A stretch of DNA of 64,000 nucleotides, from NCBI GenBank assembly GCA_021399345.1, contig JAAFKI010000094.1:1-64000 (forward strand), in the 5' to 3' direction. A program made the translations under genes and the position numbers. Of this stretch, positions 20,925-30,564 are shown one piece after another (position 1 is the stretch's first letter; each line of letters opens with the position of its first letter). A model generated the notes under the pieces. The model searched no databases and was not told the DNA's origin. It saw only the letters and a program-made list of their open reading frames with translations. The stretch is from Candidatus Heimdallarchaeota archaeon. Lineage in GTDB: Archaea; Asgardarchaeota; Heimdallarchaeia; Heimdallarchaeales; Heimdallarchaeaceae.

Positions 20925-21198
20925 TTTGTTTTTTTATTAAAGAAAGAGATTTTTACAAGGTTTCTTAGGTACTAGTGAAATTGCATATTTAGGTTCTAGT
21001 TTTATTCTCTTCCAATGAATTATACTAAATAACGAAGTCAAAGATATTTATATAAATTGTGGGTAAGAAATATTGGCTTTATTTGTCTTCATTGAAAATC
21101 TAGTTGAAACTTTCTTGATACTTCATAAAACTTAGCTTCTTTAAAGACTATTTCATCACTAAAATTCTACTAATTATTATTGGAAACAGATTTTTCCA

Positions 21199-21471
21199 TT
21201 ACTTTTCTTTAAATTCAATTTGATCGGGACTTATAATCTCATCAGTAAAATATGGAACAACGGTTATTTTTTCTTCCGCTGAAAAATCTTTAAGCAGAAT
21301 CCTATAATACTCTGTCCAATTATGCCAACATACATCTTTACAAACAAGGGTTAAATGGACTATTTGAAAGAATTTATCATTATCTAGATGAAAAGTTTCT
21401 TTCTTCTCAAGTACACTTGCACCTTCAGTAAAACAGTTAGGACAGATGTATTGATCAGAAATTCCAGTCAT
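21199..21471 (-). CDS. small zinc-ribbon-like protein
   Basis: CPNC...CKDVC. Confidence 0.6.
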   Translation of the reverse strand: MTGISDQYICPNCFTEGASVLEKKETFHLDNDKFFQIVHLTLVCKDVCWHNWTEYYRILLKDFSAEEKITVVPYFTDEIISPDQIEFKEK

Positions 21472-21568
21472 TATTTAGTTTATATATTTCTAAAATAAAA
21501 GACTAGTTACAAAGGCAATTAGTTTTGTTATGTCTATCCTCATGTTTAATGCATAATAATAAGTCAGA

Positions 21569-22528
21569 TTAATTTTCATTTGAATAACCATTCCAGATAG
21601 CTTTAGCAATCTGAATATCTTGAACTGCTACACCAGTTAGGTCAACCACAGTAATTTCTTCATCAGATGCTCTTTGAAGCTTCTTATTAACTATTACTTT
21701 GCCGAATTCAACCATTTTTTCCTTTGTAATCAGACCATTAGTAATTGCTTTGAAACTCTCTCCTCTTTCAAGACATTGTCCAATGCTGTCTACTACTAAT
21801 CGGTCTGCTTTCTTGAGAATCGCAGAATCTAGTTCCTGTTTTTCTGAAGTATCTGAACCTATAGCTGTAATATGAGTTCCAGCTCTAATCTGATCTGCAA
21901 AGATTAAAGGTTCTTTTGAAGGAGTACAAGTTACTATAAGATTACATGATGAAGTGATATCCTCTGGGTTTTGAGTGGTTTCAACATTAAATCCTAGTTC
22001 TTTCATATCTTTTTCATAAATGTCTAATTCCTCTTGATTAATACCCCAAGTGATGATATTTTCACAATCTAGAACTTTCTGTAAATAAATTGGTTGTAAT
22101 CGTCCATGAACTCCTGCTCCAAATATACCTATCCTATCGACTTTACTTGGAGCCATATATTTGGCTGCTATAGCTCCAGCTGTTGCAGTTCTAACGTTTG
22201 TTAAATGACCTTCATCTAGTAAAATAGAAATTAACTCCCCAGTTTTTTGACTGAAAAGAAGCATCAAACCACCACTGGAAGATAAACCTAGTTTAGGATT
22301 ATCATAGAAACCAGAGGCGACTTTGATAACATAGTAATCGTCATTCTTAATATATCCATATTTGATATGACACTCTCCAGGAGGATTATCGAAGATCATC
22401 TCTCCAACAGGAGGAACAGTAACCTTTCCTTCTGAATAAGCTATAAAACCTTCTTCAATTATCTTAATTGGATCTAAAGTCTTTAGAATCTCTTTGATTT
22501 CATCTAACCTAATTGTAACTGTCATCAA
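21569..22528 (-). CDS. ornithine cyclodeaminase / mu-crystallin family protein
   Basis: HIKYG, LTNVRTA, GIFGAG, HITAIGSD, DLTGVAVQD. Confidence 0.93.
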   Translation of the reverse strand: MMTVTIRLDEIKEILKTLDPIKIIEEGFIAYSEGKVTVPPVGEMIFDNPPGECHIKYGYIKNDDYYVIKVASGFYDNPKLGLSSSGGLMLLFSQKTGELISILLDEGHLTNVRTATAGAIAAKYMAPSKVDRIGIFGAGVHGRLQPIYLQKVLDCENIITWGINQEELDIYEKDMKELGFNVETTQNPEDITSSCNLIVTCTPSKEPLIFADQIRAGTHITAIGSDTSEKQELDSAILKKADRLVVDSIGQCLERGESFKAITNGLITKEKMVEFGKVIVNKKLQRASDEEITVVDLTGVAVQDIQIAKAIWNGYSNEN

Positions 22529-22630
22529 TTGTCTTGAAAGTTTATACTTATTTACTTTTTTGAGTTTTGGAATTATTTCTGATATTTTACGAGTAAGTTT
22601 TATATTAAGGAGATCTTTTTCTCTTCAAAG

Positions 22631-23221
22631 GTGACAATTCTGAAAGCAGTGATTTTCAATGGTGCTTTGGCTAATAAGAATCAACAAATGACTTTTCAAA
22701 AGATAATAGAAGAAGAATTGACAAATGTCGGAATGGACACCGAATCTCTAATAATGAATCAGATTGAGATTAAAACATGCATAGGTTGTTTCAAATGCTG
22801 GGATACAACTCCAGGAATATGTTCTGGAGTTAAAGGAGATCGCGGAGAGGAGATTAAGAAGAAGGTTATAAACAGTGATTTACTTGTATTTCTAACTCCA
22901 CTGACTTTTGGTGGATATTCTTCAGAATTGAAAAAGATTTTAGAACGATTGCTTGGAACACTTCAACCTGGTGTGTTTAGAAAGAATGGAGAGTCACATC
23001 ATCTCAAACGATATGAAAAGTATCCTTCAATTTTGGCAATAGCTACAACAGAAAAAAGAGATGAAAAAGAAGCTAAATTATTTAAGCATCTCATAGAAAG
23101 ACATAGTCTTAATTTTCACCCTCCAAAACATGAAGCAGAAGTTTTCCTAATAAATGAAAAAGAGAATCAATTCAGATCAAACATTAAACAGCTTTTAGCT
23201 AAAATGGAGATGAGCTTATGA
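22631..23221 (+). CDS. flavodoxin-fold iron-sulfur flavoprotein-like protein
   Basis: CIGCFKCW..PGIC and TPLTFGGYSSELK. Confidence 0.85.
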   Translation: MTILKAVIFNGALANKNQQMTFQKIIEEELTNVGMDTESLIMNQIEIKTCIGCFKCWDTTPGICSGVKGDRGEEIKKKVINSDLLVFLTPLTFGGYSSELKKILERLLGTLQPGVFRKNGESHHLKRYEKYPSILAIATTEKRDEKEAKLFKHLIERHSLNFHPPKHEAEVFLINEKENQFRSNIKQLLAKMEMSL

Positions 23222-23898
23222 GTAAAGTATTAATTCTGAATGGAAGTCCAAGAGGTAAGAAAAGTTCATCAGCAAGTCTAGCGGATTATATGAAGAGATT
23301 ATTTGAAGCAGAAGGAATAGAATCTGAAATAATTTTAATTCTTACGCAACTCAATAAGGAAGAACGAGTTAAAGAAATGGTTGAAAAAATCAAATCCGCA
23401 GACTTTGTAGTACTATTTGCACCACTTTATGATGACTGTCAGCCATCTATTGTTACAAAAACAATGGAGATTATAGCTGAAGAGAAGATGAATCTATCAA
23501 ATAAAACTTTCATACCAATCATCAATTGCGGTTTACCAGAACCCGAACAAATCTCAGAAGGTGTAATTCCTATATACAATCAGTTTGCAACAACTGTAGG
23601 ATTCAAATGGGGAGGAAGTCTAGCTATAGGAGGGGGAGAAGGCATCCAAGGAAGATTTGGAAAACAACTTGATGAAATAGGTTCATTTGCTAAAAATATT
23701 ATAGAAGCACTGAATGACATAGTACAGTCATTGGTATCAGAAATTCAATATCCTAATGTGGAAATAATCCTAGTTCCAAAGATTTTCTACAAATGGCCAC
23801 TAGTCAATCTAATGACATCGATAAACACTAGATCTTGGAAGAAAATGGCAGAAGAGAAAGGAGAAAAAGTTGACGCTCAGCCATACTTAGAAGAATAA
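23218..23898 (+). CDS. NAD(P)H-dependent FMN reductase / flavodoxin-fold protein
   Basis: ILNGSPRGKKSSS, APLYDD, NCGLPE; 4-nt overlap with the upstream gene. Confidence 0.85.
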   Translation: MSKVLILNGSPRGKKSSSASLADYMKRLFEAEGIESEIILILTQLNKEERVKEMVEKIKSADFVVLFAPLYDDCQPSIVTKTMEIIAEEKMNLSNKTFIPIINCGLPEPEQISEGVIPIYNQFATTVGFKWGGSLAIGGGEGIQGRFGKQLDEIGSFAKNIIEALNDIVQSLVSEIQYPNVEIILVPKIFYKWPLVNLMTSINTRSWKKMAEEKGEKVDAQPYLEE

Positions 23899-23908
23899 AA
23901 AAGAAGGT

Positions 23909-23937
23909 TGATTAGAAAGGAATCTTCTTTCTAATCA
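23909..23937. terminator. 11-bp perfect stem-loop after the flavoprotein pair
   Basis: TGATTAGAAAG-gaatctt-CTTTCTAATCA. Confidence 0.5.
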
Positions 23938-24121
23938 CATAAATCATTGTTACATATCATTTATTCACCATTCAAAGCTGTAAAAAGCTTAGTAAATATA
24001 TCATAACCTCTAATGACATATAAATTCTTTGAGAAAACTTTCTATAACTTTTTCTTTTATTAATTGAAATCCCTTCTAGCTGTAAAATTTATAAAGTAAG
24101 CATCTTTCTGTTATCTTGTTT

Positions 24122-25240
24122 ATGAAGATTAAAACATTTGAACTTGAAAGAAGACAGTCTCTTTGGGAAAATCTTGTTGAATATAATCTTACAGAGAGTG
24201 GTATTCACCCGTTTACATTAGAAGAATTATTAGATCCTGAACAGCTTAAAGAGTTGCTCAATATTCGCATTGGTTATGGTCAAACAAATGGTTCCATTGA
24301 TTTGCGAGATGCAGTAAGTAGACTCTATCCAACTTCTACTAGAGAGAATGTACTTGTTACAAATGGTTCAGCAGAAGCTAACTTCATCTCCATTTGGAGT
24401 ATTTTAGACAAGGGTGATGAATATGTTCTTATGCTCCCTAACTATATGCAAACTTGGGGATTAGCAAAGTTTTTTGGTGCAAATGTAAAACCATTTTACT
24501 TGGAAGAAGAACTCAACTGGCAACCTGATCTTGAGAAGCTGAAAGACATAGTTACTAAGAACACTAAGATGATTTCTGTTTGCAATCCTAATAATCCTAC
24601 AGGTTCAATCTTATGCGAAGAAGCTGTAAATTGCATAATAGATCTTGCTGAAGAAGCTGATGCTTTCATTCATAGTGATGAAGTTTACAGAGGAGCTGAG
24701 CTTGATGGAAAAGAAATTGACACATTCTATGGTAAATATGATAAAGTCTTAGCTATTGCTGGACTTTCTAAAGCTTACAGTTTACCTGGCTTGAGGATGG
24801 GGTGGGTTGTAGCTCCTGAAGATATTGCAGCAAAGGCTTGGGCTTATCACGACTATACTACTATCTCTCCTAGTGTACTTAGTCAACAGATTGCTGAATG
24901 GGCTCTTCAACCAGAGAAAAGGGCAATGATTTTATCTAGGAATAGAAAATTGCTAAATGATAACCTTGAATTTTTCTTGGAATGGCTTGAAACCAGAAAA
25001 CACCTATTTAGTTTCATTCCTCAAAAAGCTGGAGCTATGTCTTTTATTCGATATAACATTGACATCAATTCTACTGAACTAACAGATAGGTTACGAAAGG
25101 AGAAGAGTTTACTGATAGTTGCTGGAGATTGTTTTGGTATGGATAAATATCTTAGAATAGGTATAGGATCCGAAAAAGATTATCTCCTTAAAGGTTTAGA
25201 AAGATTTGAAGAGATGTTAGAGGATCTCATAGATGCCTAA
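24122..25240 (+). CDS. class I/II PLP-dependent aminotransferase
   Basis: CNPNNPTG, SDEVY, GLSKAYSLPGLRMGW. Confidence 0.93.
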   Translation: MKIKTFELERRQSLWENLVEYNLTESGIHPFTLEELLDPEQLKELLNIRIGYGQTNGSIDLRDAVSRLYPTSTRENVLVTNGSAEANFISIWSILDKGDEYVLMLPNYMQTWGLAKFFGANVKPFYLEEELNWQPDLEKLKDIVTKNTKMISVCNPNNPTGSILCEEAVNCIIDLAEEADAFIHSDEVYRGAELDGKEIDTFYGKYDKVLAIAGLSKAYSLPGLRMGWVVAPEDIAAKAWAYHDYTTISPSVLSQQIAEWALQPEKRAMILSRNRKLLNDNLEFFLEWLETRKHLFSFIPQKAGAMSFIRYNIDINSTELTDRLRKEKSLLIVAGDCFGMDKYLRIGIGSEKDYLLKGLERFEEMLEDLIDA

Positions 25241-25528
25241 CTCTTCATCATCAAAAGCATCTTTTTCTATGTTTATCATATCATCTTTATATTCAAACTT
25301 AACATTAAGTTCTTTTCTAGGTAGCCATTCTAACTCCCAATGAATCATCTCATCTATAGTTTTGAAACCAAGCTCATCAAGTACTACTTGAGTTGGGATG
25401 AAATACCCAAACTTGTCAATTAAAGATTTTATTTTATCGTAGATTTTCTTAGCTCTTTCCCTTTCTTTTCTGGAGATTTCCTGTAAAGCTCTCCATGCAC
25501 TTTGAGAAGATTTTTCATTTTCATTCAA
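25217..25528 (-). CDS. hypothetical protein, possible winged-helix
   Basis: 103 aa ORF with TTG start; overlaps the aminotransferase end by 24 nt. Confidence 0.55.
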   Translation of the reverse strand: MNENEKSSQSAWRALQEISRKERERAKKIYDKIKSLIDKFGYFIPTQVVLDELGFKTIDEMIHWELEWLPRKELNVKFEYKDDMINIEKDAFDDEELGIYEIL

Positions 25529-25636
25529 ATGATTTCACTCTCAGACACTTATTTAATGAAGATTGTCTAATTATTAATAAGAATAATGAAATAAAAAGAT
25601 TTGTAGCACTTTGAAAGGAAACGTTGTGAATAAATT

Positions 25637-26935
25637 TTAATGTTCATTGTACAATTCTAATCTTTTGAAATAATTTACTGTTTGTTCCTCTAACTTAAGA
25701 GGGATACTTACAGAAAACTCAACCTCTGCCATTAGCTCGAGTCTATTGATTAGTTTAACCAAATATTGTCCCAGTAATTTAAGAGGTTCTTCATCTAAAC
25801 CTTCAGAAGTGTCTAAAGCTGTATGATTGATTCCTGCATCTGTGGAACCCTTGAACATATGCATAATTGAAGGAATACCTTCATGAGCAAATGCCATATT
25901 ATCTCCGCTATTAGGTGTATTGTTAATAGTTAATGCTGGGTATTCATTAATTTGACTTATTTCTTTCACTATTTTAAAGAGATCTTCATCTCCTGCAACA
26001 ATTGAGGCAACAAACCCTGGAAGTGATTCAACACCATCAATATTTAAGCATAGTATAACATCTGATAAATTGTTGTTCTCAATGAACTTCCAAACACCAT
26101 CTAAACCTTGTTCTTCGCCACCTATTGTTAGAAAAATATAGCTATAGTTGTTTTTAGTTCTAGTTATTATACTGGCTAATTCTAAAAGTATTCCAATTCC
26201 TGAAGCGTTATCTCTTGCTCCAGGGCTATATTCAACTGTATCATGATGCGCACATACTATTATTGTTTCTTTTCTAGCTCCTTCATGTTTAAAAAGGACA
26301 TTGTTTAGTTTTCCCTCTTCTGTCATTCCTTTGATTTTTAGAATGTATTTTCCTGAAAAATTGTGATCTTTATGCTTGCTAAAAAAGTTCGCTGGTACTA
26401 TCATTGTCGGAATCTGTGCAAATATAGATTGATCTTCAATGAATGGATCTGATCTTGTTGCTTTTGAATTATAATTACTAAGTATAACAACCCCACAAGG
26501 CTTTAATCTATAGAGTTTTTTCAAATCTGTAAAAATCTCTGGTTCTAGAAAATCTCTAGAGAAAAAAATAAAAACAATTTTATCTTGAACAGCTATTAAA
26601 GGGATCTCATCTATTTGATTGACGGATCCTAAGTAGAAACCATTACCTTCTATTCCCTCACCAGGAGTAGATTTTGTCATCCACATGGGTTTTCCATGAA
26701 TTGGAGTCCCATCAGGTAACTTAGCTACTGAAGCTTCTTTACCTGAATAGAATTTGTGAGAATAAGTATTAATTGACGATTTATTTTTACTATATTCATC
26801 AAATTTACTTAAAATATATTTAGCAGCTTTATCTTCTTGAGATGATCCTGTAACCCTTGGTCCTATTTCATCGCTTAAAAATTTCAAAATACTGAAAGCT
26901 TCTTTTCCTTCAAATATATCTTTATCAAATTCCAT
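25637..26935 (-). CDS. M28-family zinc aminopeptidase with PA-like insert
   Basis: IGPRVTGS, AHHDT, GARDNASG, GEEQGL, NHTALDT. Confidence 0.9.
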   Translation of the reverse strand: MEFDKDIFEGKEAFSILKFLSDEIGPRVTGSSQEDKAAKYILSKFDEYSKNKSSINTYSHKFYSGKEASVAKLPDGTPIHGKPMWMTKSTPGEGIEGNGFYLGSVNQIDEIPLIAVQDKIVFIFFSRDFLEPEIFTDLKKLYRLKPCGVVILSNYNSKATRSDPFIEDQSIFAQIPTMIVPANFFSKHKDHNFSGKYILKIKGMTEEGKLNNVLFKHEGARKETIIVCAHHDTVEYSPGARDNASGIGILLELASIITRTKNNYSYIFLTIGGEEQGLDGVWKFIENNNLSDVILCLNIDGVESLPGFVASIVAGDEDLFKIVKEISQINEYPALTINNTPNSGDNMAFAHEGIPSIMHMFKGSTDAGINHTALDTSEGLDEEPLKLLGQYLVKLINRLELMAEVEFSVSIPLKLEEQTVNYFKRLELYNEH

Positions 26936-26942
26936 CTAATCA

Positions 26943-27872
26943 CTATCCTATAGTATAAAACTCTAATTTTTCTAAATTTATAAAACCAAAAGATACCAAG
27001 ATACTTACAACAGATATGAAATATGGAAATCCTTGAATCTGTGAGATTTTCTCTCTTATATTTTCAAAAACATTCATCAGAGTTTGTTGTTCATTCTTAA
27101 AACATGCTTCCATAATTGTTTTGTACATACGATAACTGACTATATTCAACTCTGGAAAAAGTTCATTCACGTGCTCTTCAAATATTGAGATGTGCTCCTC
27201 TGTAGAGTGGGGGATTGCTTTTGTGGAATGAAGAAGCAAGTTTAATTCTAGGAGTTCCCTTTCTTTGGGTCTAGAAGTAATCATATAATCCAGATAGATG
27301 CCTAAATAGCTCAAGAGATTCTCATCTAAAAATACCAGGGATTCTAATGTGTTTGCTATACTAATCAACCATTCTTGTGTAAATTCTTCAGTCGTATCTT
27401 CAGATACTTTGGCTTTGATTTCAATGAACCCTAATGGAGATATAGAACTTACTATCTTCCCTTCTTTTTCTGTTTTAAGAGTATATTTTCGTTGTCTTAA
27501 TTTATCTTTGATCTCTAAACAAAAAAGATTATACCCACCAAAATCTTTAGTTGGTTCAATTATTTCAGTAAGGAATTCAGTTTTCTTGGGAACAGGAATA
27601 CTTAAACCAGACATCTCTGTAATTCCAGGGATTTCAGTTTTTGGTTTACTCTCCACAGTCACCTGTGTTCTTACATCATAATTAGTATCAACAAAGAGCT
27701 TTATCGCCTGTAATTCATTATCTTTACAAATATGAACATCAGCATATTCAGTATAACCGTGAGATTCAACCTTTTCACTCTGAAGAGCAGAAGCTATAAA
27801 GAGAATCCTTTGTTTACCACAATTGTTACATTGGTATTCGATTTTTTGACGAATATTAGACTTTAAGCTCAC
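26943..27872 (-). CDS. hypothetical protein with N-terminal CxxC..HxC zinc domain
   Basis: QCNNCGK...HICK...LFVDTNYDVR. Confidence 0.7.
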   Translation of the reverse strand: MSLKSNIRQKIEYQCNNCGKQRILFIASALQSEKVESHGYTEYADVHICKDNELQAIKLFVDTNYDVRTQVTVESKPKTEIPGITEMSGLSIPVPKKTEFLTEIIEPTKDFGGYNLFCLEIKDKLRQRKYTLKTEKEGKIVSSISPLGFIEIKAKVSEDTTEEFTQEWLISIANTLESLVFLDENLLSYLGIYLDYMITSRPKERELLELNLLLHSTKAIPHSTEEHISIFEEHVNELFPELNIVSYRMYKTIMEACFKNEQQTLMNVFENIREKISQIQGFPYFISVVSILVSFGFINLEKLEFYTIG

Positions 27873-27938
27873 AAATATCCCTTGCTCTTCAATAATATAA
27901 AGGAAGCTGAATCATTATATCTTTTGTTATACTATTAT

Positions 27939-28586
27939 CTAAAGAACCGCTTCGAGAATTGTACTATAATGAACTGAAGCTCCAACTATAATCAAAACAT
28001 GAAAGATATCATGAAATACAAACACTCCAGGGAATGGTTTTTGTTTGTTCAATGCATGAAAAATTGCTCCTACAGTATACGCTATACCTCCAAACAGAAC
28101 AAGTAGAAAGATTCTAAGTGGAAAAGCTTCAAACATATAATCCAACCTAATTACAATCATCCACCCCATTACTAAATATATTCCAACATCTATCCAAATA
28201 GGAACTTTAATGTAAAGTATTTTGAGAATAGTTCCTACAATAACAAATCCCCATTGCAGTCCTATAATTGTCCACCTAAAATTGCCGTCAGTATATATAT
28301 AAGATATAGCAGTATAAGACCCTGCTATCATAAAATAAATGGCTATATGATCAACCTTTCTCCAAACTGATTCCTCGAAATCTTCTCTTTTCACGGTGTG
28401 ATAAAGAGCACTTGCTCCAAACATAAAACATAAACAAAGCGAGTAGACAATTGTGGTAATTAACAAACCAATATTTTCTCTTGCCAGGACAATCAAGTAA
28501 ATAGACCCTATAATAGCAAAAATTAGTGCAGTAGCATGTGAATATGCAGCAAACGTTTCATTTGGTTTTGGAGCTCGATTATTCAT
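27939..28586 (-). CDS. hemolysin III / PAQR family membrane protein
   Basis: SALYH, KVDHIAIYFMIAGSYT, FHDIFH. Confidence 0.93.
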   Translation of the reverse strand: MNNRAPKPNETFAAYSHATALIFAIIGSIYLIVLARENIGLLITTIVYSLCLCFMFGASALYHTVKREDFEESVWRKVDHIAIYFMIAGSYTAISYIYTDGNFRWTIIGLQWGFVIVGTILKILYIKVPIWIDVGIYLVMGWMIVIRLDYMFEAFPLRIFLLVLFGGIAYTVGAIFHALNKQKPFPGVFVFHDIFHVLIIVGASVHYSTILEAVL

Positions 28587-28697
28587 TTGAATGAGGTCTA
28601 AATATCCTTGTATAATAAAACTCTTTTGTCAGGTGTCAGCTTAGTATTTTTTCGGATTTAAAATCAGAATTCGATGTGAAGACAATCTAGATATTTT

Positions 28698-30323
28698 CTA
28701 CTCTTCTTCATCATCATTTGCTAATGGACTACCTAAATCTTTCAACCGCTGTTTGAAGTCAAAATCCTTGTAATCCATAACACTATCCTGTCTCTGTCTA
28801 GTCATATGTTCTTCTATTCTGTCAAGGCTATCAAAGTTTGCTCGTTTTTTCTCCACTCTTTGTTTTTCTTTTTGAAGTTCTTCAGCTCTTGCTTTAAAAT
28901 CAAATCTGTATTTTATGTACTCTCGAATATTCATATCGGTAGCTTTGACCTTAAATCTGAAAATCAGTGAAATTGCTAATATAGAAATGGCGATACTTAA
29001 TATCCAAAGAATTATCTGAAATGGGAAAACAGCTTCTGTGAGCTTAGATAGAGTTAGTACTGCAAAGTAAGCTAAGATAGTAGCCAAAATCGGTATAATG
29101 ATTAACATGAATGCTATATCGCTTAGAAGTGTTGTTACTGCGAATCCTCTACCTACGAAAAATAGAATAATATAATTTACGATCAAGTAAGTTGCAAAGA
29201 GAGCAATAACAACCCACGCATAGATAATTAGCGATAAATCACCTGAAATAAATGCATAAGTAACGAAAGCAATTAGGAATGTAGCAATTGTTACTTGTTG
29301 TAGTATTTTTTCTTTCTTTGGAGATAAAATCCTTCTAGCAGAAAGAGCAATAGTTTCTTTTTGAGAACCACTCTTTCTTTTCGATAATTCAGGTAGTTTT
29401 TCTCCACAATTCATACAGTGGTCAATATATTTGTCAGTCCTTTCTTGACAATTAGGACATATAGTAAAAGTAGTTTTTGTTTTCTTTTTAGGTTTGTCCA
29501 GTTTAGAAATTTGAGCAACTTTAACAGTTTTAGCTTTAGGTTTCATCCTTTCAATTCTTGCTGTTCTAGCTTGAGTTTTCTCCTGTAATCGTTCAATTTG
29601 AGAAGTAGATTGAAAATGTGTTTTAGTTGTTTGTAGAACAGGTGTTTCTGATCTATCTCTTGTCAAAAATGCTTTCTTTGCTGAATATGGTTGTATGTTA
29701 GAAGTTTCTACAAATTTCTTAATTCTTGTAATATCTATTATTAGTCTTACTCCTACAATTATCATTAAAAGAGATTCAATAGAACCATCAAAAAATCTCA
29801 GAAAGATCTCAAAAGTTACATCATTTGCATAGCTAGATAATGCACCAAGAACTGAAATTATAATTGCAAAGAAAGCAAAAAGAATATAGAAAAAACTTCC
29901 GATTTTTAGACCAAAAATACGGTTAATTTTCACAAAAAGCTTGTTTATTTTTAGATATGCAATTACTCTACCAAATATAAGAGCTAATCCTACAAAACCT
30001 GCAGTTAATGGAAAACCAAATGTTAGCATATCAAATAGAATTGAACCTGCATAGAAAAAAATCCATTTAGCTGTTTGTTGTCCCGCTTTTGTTATATGAT
30101 CAACAAAGTAAATATCTGTTATCTCTCTTAATCCCCAAGCAATAGGGAGTAAACTCACACAAGTTAAGCTGATAAAAATATAACCTATGATTTGATTTCG
30201 AGCTGATAGATACCATACTAATTGATCTGCAAGGTTAATAAAACCCATGAGAAGAAACATTACTGAACCATAAATCACATAATTTGTGTACCGTTTTATA
30301 GGTGTTTTCTCTTTTAGAGCCAT
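28698..30323 (-). CDS. membrane protein with central zinc ribbon
   Basis: ~6 TM, Lys-rich linker, CPNC..CMNCG, 4 more TM, coiled-coil tail. Confidence 0.75.
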   Translation of the reverse strand: MALKEKTPIKRYTNYVIYGSVMFLLMGFINLADQLVWYLSARNQIIGYIFISLTCVSLLPIAWGLREITDIYFVDHITKAGQQTAKWIFFYAGSILFDMLTFGFPLTAGFVGLALIFGRVIAYLKINKLFVKINRIFGLKIGSFFYILFAFFAIIISVLGALSSYANDVTFEIFLRFFDGSIESLLMIIVGVRLIIDITRIKKFVETSNIQPYSAKKAFLTRDRSETPVLQTTKTHFQSTSQIERLQEKTQARTARIERMKPKAKTVKVAQISKLDKPKKKTKTTFTICPNCQERTDKYIDHCMNCGEKLPELSKRKSGSQKETIALSARRILSPKKEKILQQVTIATFLIAFVTYAFISGDLSLIIYAWVVIALFATYLIVNYIILFFVGRGFAVTTLLSDIAFMLIIIPILATILAYFAVLTLSKLTEAVFPFQIILWILSIAISILAISLIFRFKVKATDMNIREYIKYRFDFKARAEELQKEKQRVEKKRANFDSLDRIEEHMTRQRQDSVMDYKDFDFKQRLKDLGSPLANDDEEE

Positions 30324-30564
30324 CTTCAAAACCTTTCAGTTTTATCTCAATATAAAGCTAATCAATTGGGATATCTAATTAAAAATTGAAATTCTTATAA
30401 ACCATTCTACTTAGTTATGAGAAGTAAGGCTAACTAGCAGAATCTTTTCAAAAAATCGTTTTGGAGTTACTCATTTTATAAGTTTATTTATGAAACAATC
30501 GATTCCCCTTAATAGGATACGAAGCCTTAAAACGGTTTTTAATCAAGAAATAACATAATTTAGC

